Below the pieces are notes generated by a model that was given only the letters and a program-made list of their open reading frames with translations, made no database searches and was not told the DNA's origin. A program made the translations under genes and the position numbers. This document shows positions 41,501-52,795 of a stretch of DNA of 64,000 nucleotides, one piece after another. How positions within the stretch are numbered: the stretch's first letter is position 1; the number at the start of each line of letters is the position of its first letter. The stretch spans positions 128,001 to 192,000 of the forward strand of contig CBDHHL010000049.1 in assembly GCA_965263355.1 (NCBI GenBank), read 5' to 3'. This stretch comes from Leptolyngbyaceae cyanobacterium (GTDB lineage Bacteria > Cyanobacteriota > Cyanobacteriia > Phormidesmidales > Phormidesmidaceae).

Positions 41501-44147
41501 CGTCAGCTACATCGCCATGACCCTGGCAACTGTTGAGCTGCCCGCCACGGTTGACGCTGTTAGTTTCCTCGAACCCCTATTCCTGGCAACGCCCAAGGGT
41601 GAACGTGAAACTGAATTGATAATAGGGCCTGTTGCAGGAGAGGACACTCGTCGGGTCGAGGTCTTTAGTCGTGATGTCGCTAACCAAGATGAGTGGCGAC
41701 ATCATGCCAATCTGACTGTACAGAATACTCCACAACCATTAGCCCCTCTGAGTATCAATATTGCTAGTCTAAAAGAACAACTAGACCCGATTGCTGCCGA
41801 TACCCTGAATGAATTCTATGAGGGTATTTCAGTTACTTATGGTCCCATGCTATCAGCGGTTCAACAGGCCTGGGTCGGTGATGGGGTTGCCCTGTCGGAA
41901 ATCGTCGTGCCCGAGGCACTGGTTTCCCAGTTGTCTGATGAACCCATTCATCCTGTCTTGCTTGATGCCTGCACCCGACTAGCCGCAGATCTATTCGACG
42001 TTGATGATGAACCTGGGGTGTTTTGGGCTCCCTGGCAAGTGGAAAGAGTGACTCTCATGCGTCCGGCTCCTCGACACTTCTATACCTATGTGCATCAACC
42101 CACACGCATTAATGAACAATTACAGACGCGTGCCCATAACATTCATCTGCTTGATGAGGCTGGTCAGACATTTGGATATATCGATGGCTTTACCATCAAG
42201 CGGGCCCCACGGGAGCGCTTCTTAAAGTATTTGCAAGCCGATACCTATCAATGGCTCTATCAACTGCAATGGAAAGGATCAGTGCTGCCGCCAACGACAA
42301 CGCTACCTGCTTCAGGAACCTGGTTATTGTTAGTTCCAACAAAAGCATGGGCCGAACTGCTTAGAGATATGCTTGCTCAACAGCAACAATCCTGTGTAGT
42401 AGTCTCCATCGGCGAAACATTCCAGCAGTTGGATGAATATCACTATCAAGTCTGTCCTACCCAAGAAAATACCTTTGAAAAACTTTTGCAACAGCTGCAA
42501 GAGAATAACATTACGCTAAAGGGCATCGTCCATCTATGGAGCCTGACTAGCGACCTTGAGAACTTAACTGCCAGCTTGAAGATAACCTGTGGCAGTACAC
42601 TACATCTGCTGCAAAGTTTACTATCTCGGTCACTATCCCCTGCGCTCTGGCTGGTTACCCAGGGCAGCCAACATTTGGGACGAGAGCAAGAGGCTCAAAT
42701 CGAGCAAACGCCGCTTTGGGGCCTCGGTCGCGTAATTGCGCTAGAACATCCTGAGGTGCACTGCCACTTGCTCGATTTGGATGCTGCCTCTCCAATGGCA
42801 GAAGCGGTGTCAATTGTGGTTCAGGAACTCTTGAATTCTGACACAGAAAATCTGATTGCTTATCATCAGACTCAACGCCATGTGGCTCGCCTCCACCCCT
42901 ATTCCACCAATGCAGACGCACTGCCTCCAAGTAATGAAGCTCTCGTCCAAGCAGATGCCAGCTACTTAATTGCCGGCGGCTTGGGTGCTCTAGGTCTGCA
43001 GGTTGCCCAATGGCTTGGGCAATTGGGGGCAACCTCGCTGGTGCTGATGGGAAGACGCCCGCCCTCAGAGAGTGCAGCCTCTATCATCAATGTGCTCAGG
43101 CAAGCTGGCGTGCATGTTTCGGTGGTGCAGGCAGATGTGGCGAATGCGGCAGATGTGGCCACGATTCTGAGTGAGATTGACACTCAGCTACCCCCCTTAA
43201 AAGGCATTATTCATGCCGCTGGGGTAATTGCCGATGGCCTGCTACAAAATCAGAGCTGGTCCCAATTTGAACTCGTTATGGCGGCCAAAGTGTTAGGTAG
43301 TTGGCATCTGCACCAGTTGACTCAGGATAAACCGTTAGACTTTTTCGTCTGCTTTTCGTCAGCGGCTTCTCTAATTGGTTCCTCGGGTCAAGGCAATTAT
43401 GCGGCAGCCAATGCCTTTATGGATGGCTTAGCCCATCATCGACGTAGCCAGGGTCTACCAGGATTGAGCATCAATTGGGGTCCCTGGGCAGGAGGTGGCA
43501 TGGCCGCTCAGCTGAGCCATCAACATCTAAGACGGTTTGAGCAGGCCGGATTCCAACCGCTTGATGTTGAGGTCGGTCTTTCAGTGTTACAGCAGTGTCT
43601 TCAGCTGGGGATGCCTCAAGTGGGTGTATTGCCGATCAATTGGTCAAAGTGGTCAGCCCAAGCCACCGCCGCGACGCCGCTGCTCAAAACAGTGCTGCCT
43701 GAGAGTGTCCAACCGTCTCAGGCAGGATGGTTGTTGCAACAGCTAGAAACGACTCCGATGGCACAGCGTCGGACAGTTTTGATGGCTCAGGTGCGGTTAC
43801 AGGTGGCTCAGGTGCTGGGGATTTCTGATTCAACTATCCTGGATGCCCATACAGGCTTATTTGACCTGGGAATAGATTCCCTGATGGTTACCGAACTAAG
43901 AAATCGATTACAGAGTTGTTTAGGGTGTCGATTGTCGGCGACAGATTTGTTTAATTACAACACCCTAGATGACTTAGTGAACTATTTGGTTCACGAGGTT
44001 TTTCAATGGGATGAGATTACCTTAGAGAACCCAATTCAGACAAAAGACGAGGTACTCAGGAATGGCATTACTGAAATTGAGATTATGGATCTCGATGAGC
44101 TAAATGCCTGTATTTCTGAGGAATTAGAAGAATTAGAAACTTTATAA
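38571..44147 (+). CDS. Type I PKS module: KS-AT-DH-KR-ACP
   Basis: DTACSSS, GHSIG/HAFH, HRVYDTVVIP...HPVLLD, GGLGALG...[14 protein letters not shown]. Overlaps the upstream stop. Confidence 0.96.
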   Translation: MMDISTNRDYRPLLKEALLEIEALQSELKAVQHTQTEPLAIIGMGCRFPGGGNNPEAFWQLLKNGSNLCVDIPASRWEIDAFYDPDPAAPGKIYTRMGHFLNVPIDRFDPQFFGLSPREARSLDPQQRLLLEVCWESLEHAGLDATGLLASKTGVFVGLMNVEYPRLAFPSYEAIDMHSASGNAPSTAAGRIAYTFGFQGPTLAIDTACSSSLVAVHMACQSLRLGECDMALACGTNLMLGPEMYIGECRSQMLSTDGLCKTFDIAADGFGRGEGCGVVVLKRLSDAQRDRDTILALIRGSAVNQDGRSGGLTVPNGLAQEQVIGAALNNGQVEPHQLQYVEAHGTGTSLGDPIEITALGNVFGQSHSQEQPLMVGSVKTNIGHTEATAGIAGLIKLVLQLQHDEIAPHLNLSTSNPYIDWEKAPVTIPTTLTPWPRRQTPRLAGVSSFGFSGTNAHVIVEEAPIAVPTQPDVSPESPWQILTLSAKEQTALQQLAKQYESYLETMPADDLADVCFSTRVGRAHFEKRLALVGQDKGDFLAQLRGWSSEEQSSTGTGKKGKTAVLFTGQGSQYVDMGRQLYETQPLFRQTLDHCNTILQAYLDLDILNILYPDTSETGQAQDQPLQSASPSPLDQTTYTQPALFVIEYALYKLWQSWGITPSVVMGHSIGVIVAACVADVFSLEDGLKLSAMRGKLMGQLPSGGAMLSVMASVDQLGTLIAERGNVTIAAINGPESTVISGEQSAVRAVGQQLAAQGIKTKQLQVSHAFHSPLMKPMLAEFEQVAKQINYAPPKLKLISNVTGQIVTEEVTTPEYWCDHILAPVNFAAGMDRLQQEEIDVFLECGPQPILLGMGRQCLPEDEENAWLPSLRVGQDDWKQMLSSLRQLYIRGVAIDWRGFDKDYPQRRKVSLPTYPFQRQRYWIDVPPQHRMLPAHALVGSKLELASTGQTVYHQIINLAQQPWIGDHRVYDTVVIPGVSYIAMTLATVELPATVDAVSFLEPLFLATPKGERETELIIGPVAGEDTRRVEVFSRDVANQDEWRHHANLTVQNTPQPLAPLSINIASLKEQLDPIAADTLNEFYEGISVTYGPMLSAVQQAWVGDGVALSEIVVPEALVSQLSDEPIHPVLLDACTRLAADLFDVDDEPGVFWAPWQVERVTLMRPAPRHFYTYVHQPTRINEQLQTRAHNIHLLDEAGQTFGYIDGFTIKRAPRERFLKYLQADTYQWLYQLQWKGSVLPPTTTLPASGTWLLLVPTKAWAELLRDMLAQQQQSCVVVSIGETFQQLDEYHYQVCPTQENTFEKLLQQLQENNITLKGIVHLWSLTSDLENLTASLKITCGSTLHLLQSLLSRSLSPALWLVTQGSQHLGREQEAQIEQTPLWGLGRVIALEHPEVHCHLLDLDAASPMAEAVSIVVQELLNSDTENLIAYHQTQRHVARLHPYSTNADALPPSNEALVQADASYLIAGGLGALGLQVAQWLGQLGATSLVLMGRRPPSESAASIINVLRQAGVHVSVVQADVANAADVATILSEIDTQLPPLKGIIHAAGVIADGLLQNQSWSQFELVMAAKVLGSWHLHQLTQDKPLDFFVCFSSAASLIGSSGQGNYAAANAFMDGLAHHRRSQGLPGLSINWGPWAGGGMAAQLSHQHLRRFEQAGFQPLDVEVGLSVLQQCLQLGMPQVGVLPINWSKWSAQATAATPLLKTVLPESVQPSQAGWLLQQLETTPMAQRRTVLMAQVRLQVAQVLGISDSTILDAHTGLFDLGIDSLMVTELRNRLQSCLGCRLSATDLFNYNTLDDLVNYLVHEVFQWDEITLENPIQTKDEVLRNGITEIEIMDLDELNACISEELEELETL

Positions 44148-44159
44148 GCGAACAAATAA

Positions 44160-47100
44160 ATGAACAAGATTTCTGCTCAATCATCTGAACAACTTCAATC
44201 TGCTCAGAATGTCCTGTTGGCGTTGCGTAATGCTAAAAACAAACTTAAAGCTATTAAACAAGCTAAGACAGAACCGATTGCCATCATTGGCTTAGGGTGT
44301 CGTTTCCCAAAATCCAATAGTCCAGCTGATTTCTGGCGGTTACTGGAACAGGGCATGGATGCTGTGACTGAGGTGCCTGCAGAGCGTTGGGACATTGACC
44401 AATATTATGACCCCGACCCAGAGGTTCTGGGCAAAATGCATACCCGCCATGCCAGCTTCCTGTCCGACGTAGATCAATTTGATGCTGACTTTTTCAAAAT
44501 CTCTCCTCGCGAAGCCAAGAGTCTCGATCCTCAACATCGATTGTTGTTGGAAGTGTGTTGGGAAAGTCTCGAAGATGCAGGGGTGTCGCCACTGGCGTTG
44601 AAAGGTACTCAAACCAGTGTCTTTATTGGCATGATGACCCATGACTATGGACACCTTGCGGCCCAGACTGCAGATATCCATACAGGTTTTGGCAATGGGG
44701 CTCCCCTGGCCGCTGGTCGGATTGCCTATACCTTAGGTCTTAATGGACCTACATTGACGGTCGAAACAGCCTGTTCTTCTTCTCTAGTTGCTTGTCATTT
44801 GGCGTGTCAGAGTTTGCGTAACCAAGAGAGTAATCTGGCCTTGGTCGGTGGTATCAACCTGATGTTGACACCCGAGATGAGTATCCTTGAGGCTCAAGCT
44901 CAGATGAATTCACCCGATGGTCGGTGCAAAACCTTTGATGAGGGTGCTGATGGCTATGGGCGCGGTGAGGGCTGTGGCATTGTGGTGCTCAAGCGATTGA
45001 GCGATGCCCAAGCCGATGGTGACCGAATTTTAGGGTTGATTCGGGGGTCTGCCATTAATCATGATGGCCCCAGTAGTAGCTTGACAGTGCCTAATGGATT
45101 AGCGCAAAAAACATTGATCGAGCAAGCCTTAGCCAATGCCAATGTGCAGGCAGCTCAGGTGGACTATGTGGAATGTCATGGCACTGGAACAGCCTTGGGA
45201 GATCCCATTGAGGTCGATGCGTTAGTCAAGGCTTACGGTCAGCATCGCGCTTTGAATCATCCGATCATGCTTGGTTCTGTTAAGACGAACATTGGTCATA
45301 CCGAAGGGGCTGCCGGTATTGCGGGATTAATCAAGGTAATTTTGTCTTTACAACACGAGAAGATTCCACCGCATCTGCATCTGAAGCAGCCCAATCGACG
45401 CATTGCCTGGGATGACATACCTGTGGTTGTGCCGACGGCAATCCAACCCTGGCAACGGGGAGAGAAGACTAGACTGGCTGGGGTGAGTTCCTTTGGCCTC
45501 AGTGGCACCAATGCCCATGTGATTGTCGAAGAAGCGCCTTTATCCCGACCGATGCCAGCCCCCCTGGAGCGTCCCTGGCATGTGCTGACCCTATCCGCCA
45601 AAACAGAGGATGCGTTGCAAGCACTGGTTGAGCAGTATGAGCGATACTTCAACGCTCACCCAGAGTTAACACTTGCAGACATTGGCTATACGGTTAATAC
45701 CGGTCGAGCACACTTTCAAAATCGTTTAGCGATTGCGGGAACTTCTTTAGCTGAGGTGTCTGAGAAACTGAGACAACTTAGAGAAGCAAAACAGACACAG
45801 GGAACCAACCTGGGGCAATTTGATCACCGGCAGGCTGCACAGATAGCTGTTCTGTTTACGGGACAAGGTTCGCAGTATGTAGGCATGGCCCGAGAACTTT
45901 ATAAGACGCAACCGACCTTCAGACAGACGCTTGAGCAGTGCGATGAGATTCTTAATGCTTATCTCGATCTGCCCTTGCTCGATATTCTCTATCCAGATGA
46001 GAGAACAGAACAAGCCGATGCTCTATTGCATCAGACGGCCTATACCCAACCGGCTCTATTTGCCATTGAGTATGCACTCTATCAACTCTGGCAATCTTGG
46101 GGCATTGCACCTTCTGTGGTGATGGGGCATAGCATTGGTGAGATAGTAGCGGCTTGTGTTGCAGGTGTCTTCTCTCTCGAAGATGGCTTGAAGCTGAGTG
46201 CGATGCGGGGCCAGCTGATGCAACAAATACCCGCTGGTGGCGCAATGCTATCGGTGATGGCCTCCGTTGAGCAGGTTAGAACTATCATTGCTGATTCAGA
46301 AAGAAACAACGTTGAGATCGCGGCTATCAATGGCCCTGAGAGTACGGTTATTTCAGGTGAAGCATCTGCCGTTCAATCGATTGCTCAACACCTCGAAGCT
46401 CAGGGAATTAAAACCAAACAACTTCAAGTCTCCCATGCTTTCCATTCACCGTTGATGGCACCGATGCTGGCTGAGTTTGAGCAGGTGGCTCAGCAGATCA
46501 GCTATTCACTGCCTCAGCTCAAACTGATTTCCAATGTCACCGGACAGGTGGTGACTGAGCAAGTGGCGACGCCTGAGTATTGGTGTGAGCATATTCTGGC
46601 ACCAGTGAACTTTTCTGCTGGCATGGAGTGTCTGCAGCATGAAGAGATTAATATCTTGCTTGAATGTGGGCCTCAACCGATTCTGCTAGGAATGGGACGA
46701 CAGTGTCTACCAGCGGATGAGGAGAACGCTTGGTTACCGTCTCTTAGACCGGATCAGAGCAACTGGCAGCAGATGCTCTCCAGCTTAGGTCAGCTCTATA
46801 TCCGTGGGGTGAACATTGATTGGGAGGGCTTTGAGACGGACTATCCCCAACGCCGTAAAGTCTCCCTACCCACCTATCCCTTCCAGCGTCAACGTTACTG
46901 GGTGGAAACTCAACCCAATCCAACTCGAATGATGGCCGCCAGAGATCGCATCCATCCACTGCTGGGTCAACGATTACAATTAGCAGGCCGCTGCCAAGAC
47001 ATTTTCTTTGAAACCAGCCTGAGTGCGGCGAGTCCGGTCTACTTGTCAGACCATCGTGTCTTGGACCAGGTGGTTCTCCCAGGAGCCGCTTATGTAGAGA

Positions 47101-50100
47101 TGGTTCTGGCGGCTGGAGCCCAAATTTTTCAATCCCACTGCCTGGTATTAGAACAGGTCTTTATGGCTCACCCCCTGCTCCTATCAGCCACTCAATCTAC
47201 CACAGTACAGGTTGTCCTGAGTCCAACCGAAAAAGGCGTTTACACATTTGAGGTGGCCAGCTTGAAAACGGCTTCTGACGCTGACAGTTGGCAAGTCCAT
47301 GTCTCGGGGAAGCTACGCGCAGGAGGCACCCGACCGGACAAAGTGATGTTAGAGCAATGGCATGACCGAGGGGCACCGCTGCCATTGGAGCCATTTTACC
47401 GACAGTCTCAAGCGCAGGGGCTGGCGTTTGGCGAGTGCTTCCAATCTTTAACACAAGCCTGGACTGAGTCTGGCGAAGGGTATGCCCAGGTGAAATTGCC
47501 CCTAGCTATTGGGGACGCTGATAACTATCATCTGCATCCCATTCTGCTGGATGGCGGCTTTCAATTAACCGGGGCCATGCTGGCAGTCGGTAACCAAACC
47601 CAGTCAAACTCGCTGTATTTGCCCGTGGCCATTGAGCGTCTGGAGGTCTATGGCCAGGCGGGACCGCAACTATGGGTGCAAGCAAACGTACGTGATGCGG
47701 ATACTGGGAACAGTTTGAGCAGTGACTTTCGGTTGGTAGACCCAACGGGGAACGTTGTTGCTCAAGTGGAGGGTTTCACCCTTCGCCAGGCTACTCGTCA
47801 AGGACTGCAGCGAGCTTTGGAACCAGATTTGAGTGATTGGTTCTACACGCTAGACTGGCGGCTGCACCCCCTGGAGAGATCGCACCCACTACCATCTGGA
47901 GGTCGCTGGCTGGTATTCACCTCAGGCGGAGACTTGGGTGAGCAATTACTTCAACAGCTTCAGCAGCAAGGTCATACCTGCATCCAAGTTGCTGTGGGTT
48001 CCAGCTATCAACGCTTGAGCGACGCATACTACCAGGTGAATCCTCTAGAACCCGATGATTTTCGGCAACTGCTGCAAGCGTGTTGTCACGAGCAGCCGCA
48101 AGGGATTATCCACCTGTGGTCCCTGGAAAGTGCCGCAGTGGCAGAGTTGGATACGGATGGCTTGTACCAGTCACAGGTACTCAGCTGCGGCAGTGTGCTG
48201 CATCTGTTGCAGGGATTGTCGTCGGCTCAGGCCGTGCCCCTGTACTTGGTGACCCAAGGGGCACAATCAATCCGCTCTCATCCAACAGAGGTACAGGTGC
48301 AGCAAGCTCCCTTGTGGGGCTTGGGGCGAGTCATTGCGATGGAATATCCGGCGATTAAGTGTCAGCGCTTAGACTTAGACCCCAATGCTTCTGTAGAGAC
48401 GAATGTGGGTGCGATCGCAGCTGAACTGCATAGCAGCCATGACGAAGATCAAGTCGCCTATCGCCACAATCAGCGCTTTGTGGCCCGCCTGCTGCGACAG
48501 CGAGAAGCCGCTCAAAGAGCGGGGCAACGTGCCATCCCTCAAGGGCAACCCTATCAGTTAAAGCTGTCAGCCTATGGCTCCCCCGACCACCTCAGTCTGC
48601 AACCCATGACCCGTCGTGCTCCTGCCGCTGGGGAAGTGGAAGTGCAGATGCAAGCGGTCGGTTTGAACTTTCGCGATGTCCTGAACGCCCTCGGCGTGCT
48701 CAAGGATTACTATGCCGAGCACTTTGGGATTACCGACCCGCAGCAGTTAACCTTTGGATTTGAAGGAGTGGGGCGCATTGTGGCGCTGGGAGCAGAGGTT
48801 ACACATCTGCAGATCGGCGATGAGGTGATAGTGACGATGATACCGGATGGCTTCAGCAGCCATGTCACCACAAAAGCCGCCTGGGTGTTCAAAAAGCCAC
48901 CACAGCTTAGTGCCACTGCCGCTGCCACGCTTCCCTTGGTATTTTTAACTGCTCAGTACGGGTTGAGTCAGTTGGCCCAGCTGCAGCCAGGGGAGCGGGT
49001 GCTGATCCATGCAGCGGCAGGTGGCGTGGGCCAGGCCGCCGTACAAATTGCCCAACGGCTGGGGGCTGAGATTTACGCCACAGCCAGTCCAGGAAAATGG
49101 GCATTTCTTCGCTCCCAGGGCATTCAACACATCTTCAACTCACGCAGCCTGACGTTTGCCGACCAGATAAAGCAAGCGACTGGCGGCGTGGGAGTGGATG
49201 TCGTCCTCAACAGTTTGAATGGCGAACATATTCCCAAGAGCCTGGATGTTTTAGCTCCAGGCGGGCGATTTATTGAAATCGGCAAGGCTGGCATCTGGAG
49301 TACCGCACAAGTGCGCCAGCAGCGGCCTGATGTGGCCTATTTCCCCTTTGATCTAGGTGAAGTGGGTCAAGCCAATCCGCCGTTGATGCGAGCAATATTT
49401 GAGCAATTTCAGCAGGCGGTTACAGAAGGTGACCTAAAATCACTACGCCAGCAGGTATATCCGATTACCCAAGTGGTCGAGGCGTTCCGGTTGATGCAAC
49501 GGGGTCAGCACCTAGGTAAGGTGGTGGTGACGCTACCAGATGTTGAGGCCGCTGAAACCGGTGTCCAAAGTGAAGGCAGTTACCTGATCACGGGTGGATT
49601 GGGAGCCCTGGGGCTACAGTTGGCACAAGCATTAGCAGACCAGGGAGCCCGTTCCTTGGTGCTGATGGGACGTCGTTCGCCCTCCGCTCAAGCCCAAACT
49701 GTGATTACGGCACTGCAGACCCAGGGGATTAAGGTGAGTGTGGAGCTTGCGGATGTAGCCGATTTTCCAGCCGTCGCTCAGATGATGGCGAAAATTGAGG
49801 CCGAACTCCCTCCGTTACGGGGCGTGGTCCATGCCGCTGGAGTCCTGGAGGATGGTCTCCTACAGCAGATGAGCTGGCCCAGTTTTACCAAGGTGATGGC
49901 CCCCAAGGTGCTAGGTGCTTGGAATTTACATCAGCTGACACAGCAGCAGCCATTAGATTTCTTTGTCTGCTTCTCTTCAATCGCAGCCCTGATGGGAAAT
50001 GCCACTCAGGGAAACTATGCGGCCGCGAATACGTTTCTCGATGCCCTGGCTCATCATCGTCGAGTCAGGGGATTGCCCGGCTTAAGTATCAATTGGGGGC

Positions 50101-51398
50101 CTTGGGCAGCGGACGGCATGGCAGCCTGCTTAGGCACACAGTATCAAAGTCATCTGCAAGCCTTGGGCATTGCATCCATGACTCCCCAACAGGGCCTTAA
50201 ATCATTCACTCAGTTGTTGTCAGAACCCGACACGCAAGTTGGTGTATTCTCGATTAATTGGTCTAATTTTTTGAAACACCTACCCGGTAGAGTAAATCCT
50301 CCGTTTTTAGAAGAATTTGCTTCTAATGTAGTCGTTGAGACTAAAAATGATCGCCTCATTGAGCAATTGAGAACAGCTCCAGCAGATGAAAAAGAGAATA
50401 TCCTAACCCCTTATCTGCAAAATAAGATTGCGCGGGTTTTAGGGATGACAGCGTCCCTAATAGATGTTGAAGAACCACTTAATCAGATGGGACTTGATTC
50501 TCTGATGACGATCGAGGTACGTGCCCAAATTCAAAGAGAGTTGACCGTGGATTTGCCCATCGAAAAGCTCATAGAGGGGCCTAGTATTACTCAAGTCGCT
50601 ATATTACTGCTTGAGCAATTGGCGTTGACCGATGTTAGTGCATCAACCCAGCCAGATTTAACGGTTCACCCTGAAACTCACGAGGCTGCAGCGACTGAAC
50701 CTACCGAAGACCTTTTGACTGGAGAGCCTAAAGCGGTTCTACCAGGCCCTAGAAATTTAATTGCCCGTGTTATCCTCTGGATTTTTGGCTTTCTGACCCG
50801 ATTCATCTGGTCCATTGAAGTCGTTGGCCAGGAACACCTTTCACCCGAACCGCCTTTTATTCTTTGTGCTAACCATGAATCGCATTTTGATTCGCTATGG
50901 ATCACGTCGTACTTATCACCACAGCTGCGATATCAATTCTGTACTTTGGCGAAGCAAGAGCATTTTGAAAAACGAATACCGAGACTGTTGATGAGCCTTC
51001 TTGGTAGCATACCTGTGGACCGTCAAGGAGATTCGCTGCCAGCGCTCCGAACAGCAGCCCAAGGATTACTGGCGAAACGACCTTTATTTATTCACCCAGA
51101 AGGGACGCGTACGCGAACCGGTGAACTTTTACCCTTTCGAAGGGGAGCTGCCAAATTAGCCATTGCCACTAGTTCACCGATAATTCCCGTAAGGATCATT
51201 GGGGCGTACGCAATCTTTCCGCCTGATCAGAAATGGCCTAGCTTGTTTGACTGGAAAAACTGGCGACGGCGGCAGCTGAAGATTGTTTTTGGGGCACCAA
51301 TTGAACCATCAAAGCAAGAAAGGGGGTTGCAGGCAGAAATTCTTTTGACTGAACAACTCCGCCAGGCCATCATTGCACTTCACTGTTCTGAGTGTTAA
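44160..51398 (+). CDS. Terminal type I PKS: KS-AT-DH-ER-KR-ACP plus PlsC-like acyltransferase domain
   Basis: [36 protein letters not shown] (ER), [13 protein letters not shown], then [41 protein letters not shown]. No thioesterase GxSxG. Confidence 0.95.
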   Translation: MNKISAQSSEQLQSAQNVLLALRNAKNKLKAIKQAKTEPIAIIGLGCRFPKSNSPADFWRLLEQGMDAVTEVPAERWDIDQYYDPDPEVLGKMHTRHASFLSDVDQFDADFFKISPREAKSLDPQHRLLLEVCWESLEDAGVSPLALKGTQTSVFIGMMTHDYGHLAAQTADIHTGFGNGAPLAAGRIAYTLGLNGPTLTVETACSSSLVACHLACQSLRNQESNLALVGGINLMLTPEMSILEAQAQMNSPDGRCKTFDEGADGYGRGEGCGIVVLKRLSDAQADGDRILGLIRGSAINHDGPSSSLTVPNGLAQKTLIEQALANANVQAAQVDYVECHGTGTALGDPIEVDALVKAYGQHRALNHPIMLGSVKTNIGHTEGAAGIAGLIKVILSLQHEKIPPHLHLKQPNRRIAWDDIPVVVPTAIQPWQRGEKTRLAGVSSFGLSGTNAHVIVEEAPLSRPMPAPLERPWHVLTLSAKTEDALQALVEQYERYFNAHPELTLADIGYTVNTGRAHFQNRLAIAGTSLAEVSEKLRQLREAKQTQGTNLGQFDHRQAAQIAVLFTGQGSQYVGMARELYKTQPTFRQTLEQCDEILNAYLDLPLLDILYPDERTEQADALLHQTAYTQPALFAIEYALYQLWQSWGIAPSVVMGHSIGEIVAACVAGVFSLEDGLKLSAMRGQLMQQIPAGGAMLSVMASVEQVRTIIADSERNNVEIAAINGPESTVISGEASAVQSIAQHLEAQGIKTKQLQVSHAFHSPLMAPMLAEFEQVAQQISYSLPQLKLISNVTGQVVTEQVATPEYWCEHILAPVNFSAGMECLQHEEINILLECGPQPILLGMGRQCLPADEENAWLPSLRPDQSNWQQMLSSLGQLYIRGVNIDWEGFETDYPQRRKVSLPTYPFQRQRYWVETQPNPTRMMAARDRIHPLLGQRLQLAGRCQDIFFETSLSAASPVYLSDHRVLDQVVLPGAAYVEMVLAAGAQIFQSHCLVLEQVFMAHPLLLSATQSTTVQVVLSPTEKGVYTFEVASLKTASDADSWQVHVSGKLRAGGTRPDKVMLEQWHDRGAPLPLEPFYRQSQAQGLAFGECFQSLTQAWTESGEGYAQVKLPLAIGDADNYHLHPILLDGGFQLTGAMLAVGNQTQSNSLYLPVAIERLEVYGQAGPQLWVQANVRDADTGNSLSSDFRLVDPTGNVVAQVEGFTLRQATRQGLQRALEPDLSDWFYTLDWRLHPLERSHPLPSGGRWLVFTSGGDLGEQLLQQLQQQGHTCIQVAVGSSYQRLSDAYYQVNPLEPDDFRQLLQACCHEQPQGIIHLWSLESAAVAELDTDGLYQSQVLSCGSVLHLLQGLSSAQAVPLYLVTQGAQSIRSHPTEVQVQQAPLWGLGRVIAMEYPAIKCQRLDLDPNASVETNVGAIAAELHSSHDEDQVAYRHNQRFVARLLRQREAAQRAGQRAIPQGQPYQLKLSAYGSPDHLSLQPMTRRAPAAGEVEVQMQAVGLNFRDVLNALGVLKDYYAEHFGITDPQQLTFGFEGVGRIVALGAEVTHLQIGDEVIVTMIPDGFSSHVTTKAAWVFKKPPQLSATAAATLPLVFLTAQYGLSQLAQLQPGERVLIHAAAGGVGQAAVQIAQRLGAEIYATASPGKWAFLRSQGIQHIFNSRSLTFADQIKQATGGVGVDVVLNSLNGEHIPKSLDVLAPGGRFIEIGKAGIWSTAQVRQQRPDVAYFPFDLGEVGQANPPLMRAIFEQFQQAVTEGDLKSLRQQVYPITQVVEAFRLMQRGQHLGKVVVTLPDVEAAETGVQSEGSYLITGGLGALGLQLAQALADQGARSLVLMGRRSPSAQAQTVITALQTQGIKVSVELADVADFPAVAQMMAKIEAELPPLRGVVHAAGVLEDGLLQQMSWPSFTKVMAPKVLGAWNLHQLTQQQPLDFFVCFSSIAALMGNATQGNYAAANTFLDALAHHRRVRGLPGLSINWGPWAADGMAACLGTQYQSHLQALGIASMTPQQGLKSFTQLLSEPDTQVGVFSINWSNFLKHLPGRVNPPFLEEFASNVVVETKNDRLIEQLRTAPADEKENILTPYLQNKIARVLGMTASLIDVEEPLNQMGLDSLMTIEVRAQIQRELTVDLPIEKLIEGPSITQVAILLLEQLALTDVSASTQPDLTVHPETHEAAATEPTEDLLTGEPKAVLPGPRNLIARVILWIFGFLTRFIWSIEVVGQEHLSPEPPFILCANHESHFDSLWITSYLSPQLRYQFCTLAKQEHFEKRIPRLLMSLLGSIPVDRQGDSLPALRTAAQGLLAKRPLFIHPEGTRTRTGELLPFRRGAAKLAIATSSPIIPVRIIGAYAIFPPDQKWPSLFDWKNWRRRQLKIVFGAPIEPSKQERGLQAEILLTEQLRQAIIALHCSEC

Positions 51399-51537
51399 TT
51401 TTGTGCGAGAAGTAGAGCCTTGAAGAATTGCTACCGTTTTGTATTAGACGACAATTATTTTGGGCTCTTCTGAGCTTTTAGTGAGCTGTTAAAGCTTGGT
51501 GCTAGCAAGACCTAAAGCAGAGCGTAGTGGATGTTTT

Positions 51538-52590
51538 ATGAATAGCGCATCTCCATTGGAACGTCTACCTATGGTTCATTTGAGTACAGAAAAAATTCCG
51601 CAAGAACATCAGCTCGAAGTTTGGCAACAGACAGCCTCTCCTCTATTTGATGTGATTCCCATGAAGGATATGCGGTCTTTTTCGTGTTCAGTCACCAGTT
51701 ACTTGGTAGGGCAGTTGACCTTTAATCACACAACATTTGATCGAACACAATTTATTCGTACATCGCGACATCTTTCAATTCATGGGTCTGATTGTATTAC
51801 TCTCCAGTATTACTGTTCTGGGCAAATTCAGGGAAATCTGGAGAGTGGCGTTCAGTTACAGATGGCGAGCGATCGCATCTCAATTCATGATTTTGCCCAT
51901 CCCTACACTGGCATTGGTGAAACAAGTAACCAGTTTGCCATTGTCATTCCGCGCCATTTAATTACGGTTCATGACCAAATTTATAAAAATTATCCTGTGT
52001 TTTCTTGGTCTGTCAATTCGTCGGTTGGTCGCATCCTGACCCATGCATGGCTGACGATTTGGAAAAATCTCCCCGATATGTCTCAGGCAGATGCCTCAGC
52101 AATCGCACAGGGATTTATTGGCCTACTCAATGGCCTATTATCTAGCAAGCTGGATATGGCAACTCGTGCCCAGGTAGAACTGTCCACAATAGATGCGATG
52201 AAAGCCCATTTACAGGCTAATCTCCATCTAATTAATCTGGGAGTAGAAAGTCTGTGTGAGATATTTCACTGCTCACGTTCCACCGTTTATCGGTTATTTA
52301 AAGCTGAGGGGGGAGTCCAAGCCTATGTGCGAGAACAACGCTTGAAGTACTGCTATCAAGAACTGCAACAATTACCACCCTCTTCACGTAAAACGATTAG
52401 TGAAATTGCCGGAAAGTGGGGGTTTGCTGATGCAGCATCCTTTAGCCGTCTCTTTCGAAAACATTACGGCATATCGCCATCAGAGGTGAATGCCTCCCTG
52501 TCTGAAGCCATCGCTCCAGTGATGAAAACACAGGCAAGTTATTGGTCTGAAAGCGATCGTCTAAAACAGTGGTTAGAGAATTATTCATAA
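51538..52590 (+). CDS. AraC-family transcriptional regulator (FeaR-like N-domain)
   Basis: C-terminal CSRSTVYRLF...REQRL...ISEIAGKWGFADAASFSRLFRKHYGISPSE. ATG at 51538 (track start 51496). Confidence 0.92.
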   Translation: MNSASPLERLPMVHLSTEKIPQEHQLEVWQQTASPLFDVIPMKDMRSFSCSVTSYLVGQLTFNHTTFDRTQFIRTSRHLSIHGSDCITLQYYCSGQIQGNLESGVQLQMASDRISIHDFAHPYTGIGETSNQFAIVIPRHLITVHDQIYKNYPVFSWSVNSSVGRILTHAWLTIWKNLPDMSQADASAIAQGFIGLLNGLLSSKLDMATRAQVELSTIDAMKAHLQANLHLINLGVESLCEIFHCSRSTVYRLFKAEGGVQAYVREQRLKYCYQELQQLPPSSRKTISEIAGKWGFADAASFSRLFRKHYGISPSEVNASLSEAIAPVMKTQASYWSESDRLKQWLENYS

Positions 52591-52604
52591 TTTACCTGAC
52601 TGCC

Positions 52605-52642
52605 TGAGACAAATTAACAAGGAAATTGAGACGTCTTCCCAA
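52605..52642 (+). promoter_or_regulatory. Tandem TGAGAC-N7-CAA direct repeat, candidate AraC operator
   Basis: TGAGACaaattaaCAA at 52605 and TGAGACgtcttccCAA at 52627 (22-bp period), between the araC gene and the S8 operon. Confidence 0.55.
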
Positions 52643-52795
52643 GACGACGCAAAAACACCTCAAATATACTGAAGCAGTAAATCTACGGTATTCCTTAGAT
52701 CACCACAGTAATTGATCTGCAAATCTGCGACAAATCAGATTAATTAGGCTGAAAAACAATCTCAAGCCAATACGTTTAGGGGCATCAAGACACTG

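Noticed and set aside
23146..51398. Olefin synthase (Ols), heterocyst glycolipid (Hgl) or PUFA synthase cluster
   Set aside because: No sulfotransferase-TE, tandem ACPs, chain-length factor or terminal reductase. The architecture is a four-module cis-AT line with cMT domains.
85..51961. Numerous 60-160 aa ORFs overlapping long genes (e.g. 85-399, 1006-1293, 4260-4712, 31921-32319, 38685-39167)
   Set aside because: Antisense or alternate-frame shadows of well-supported CDSs, with no recognisable motifs.
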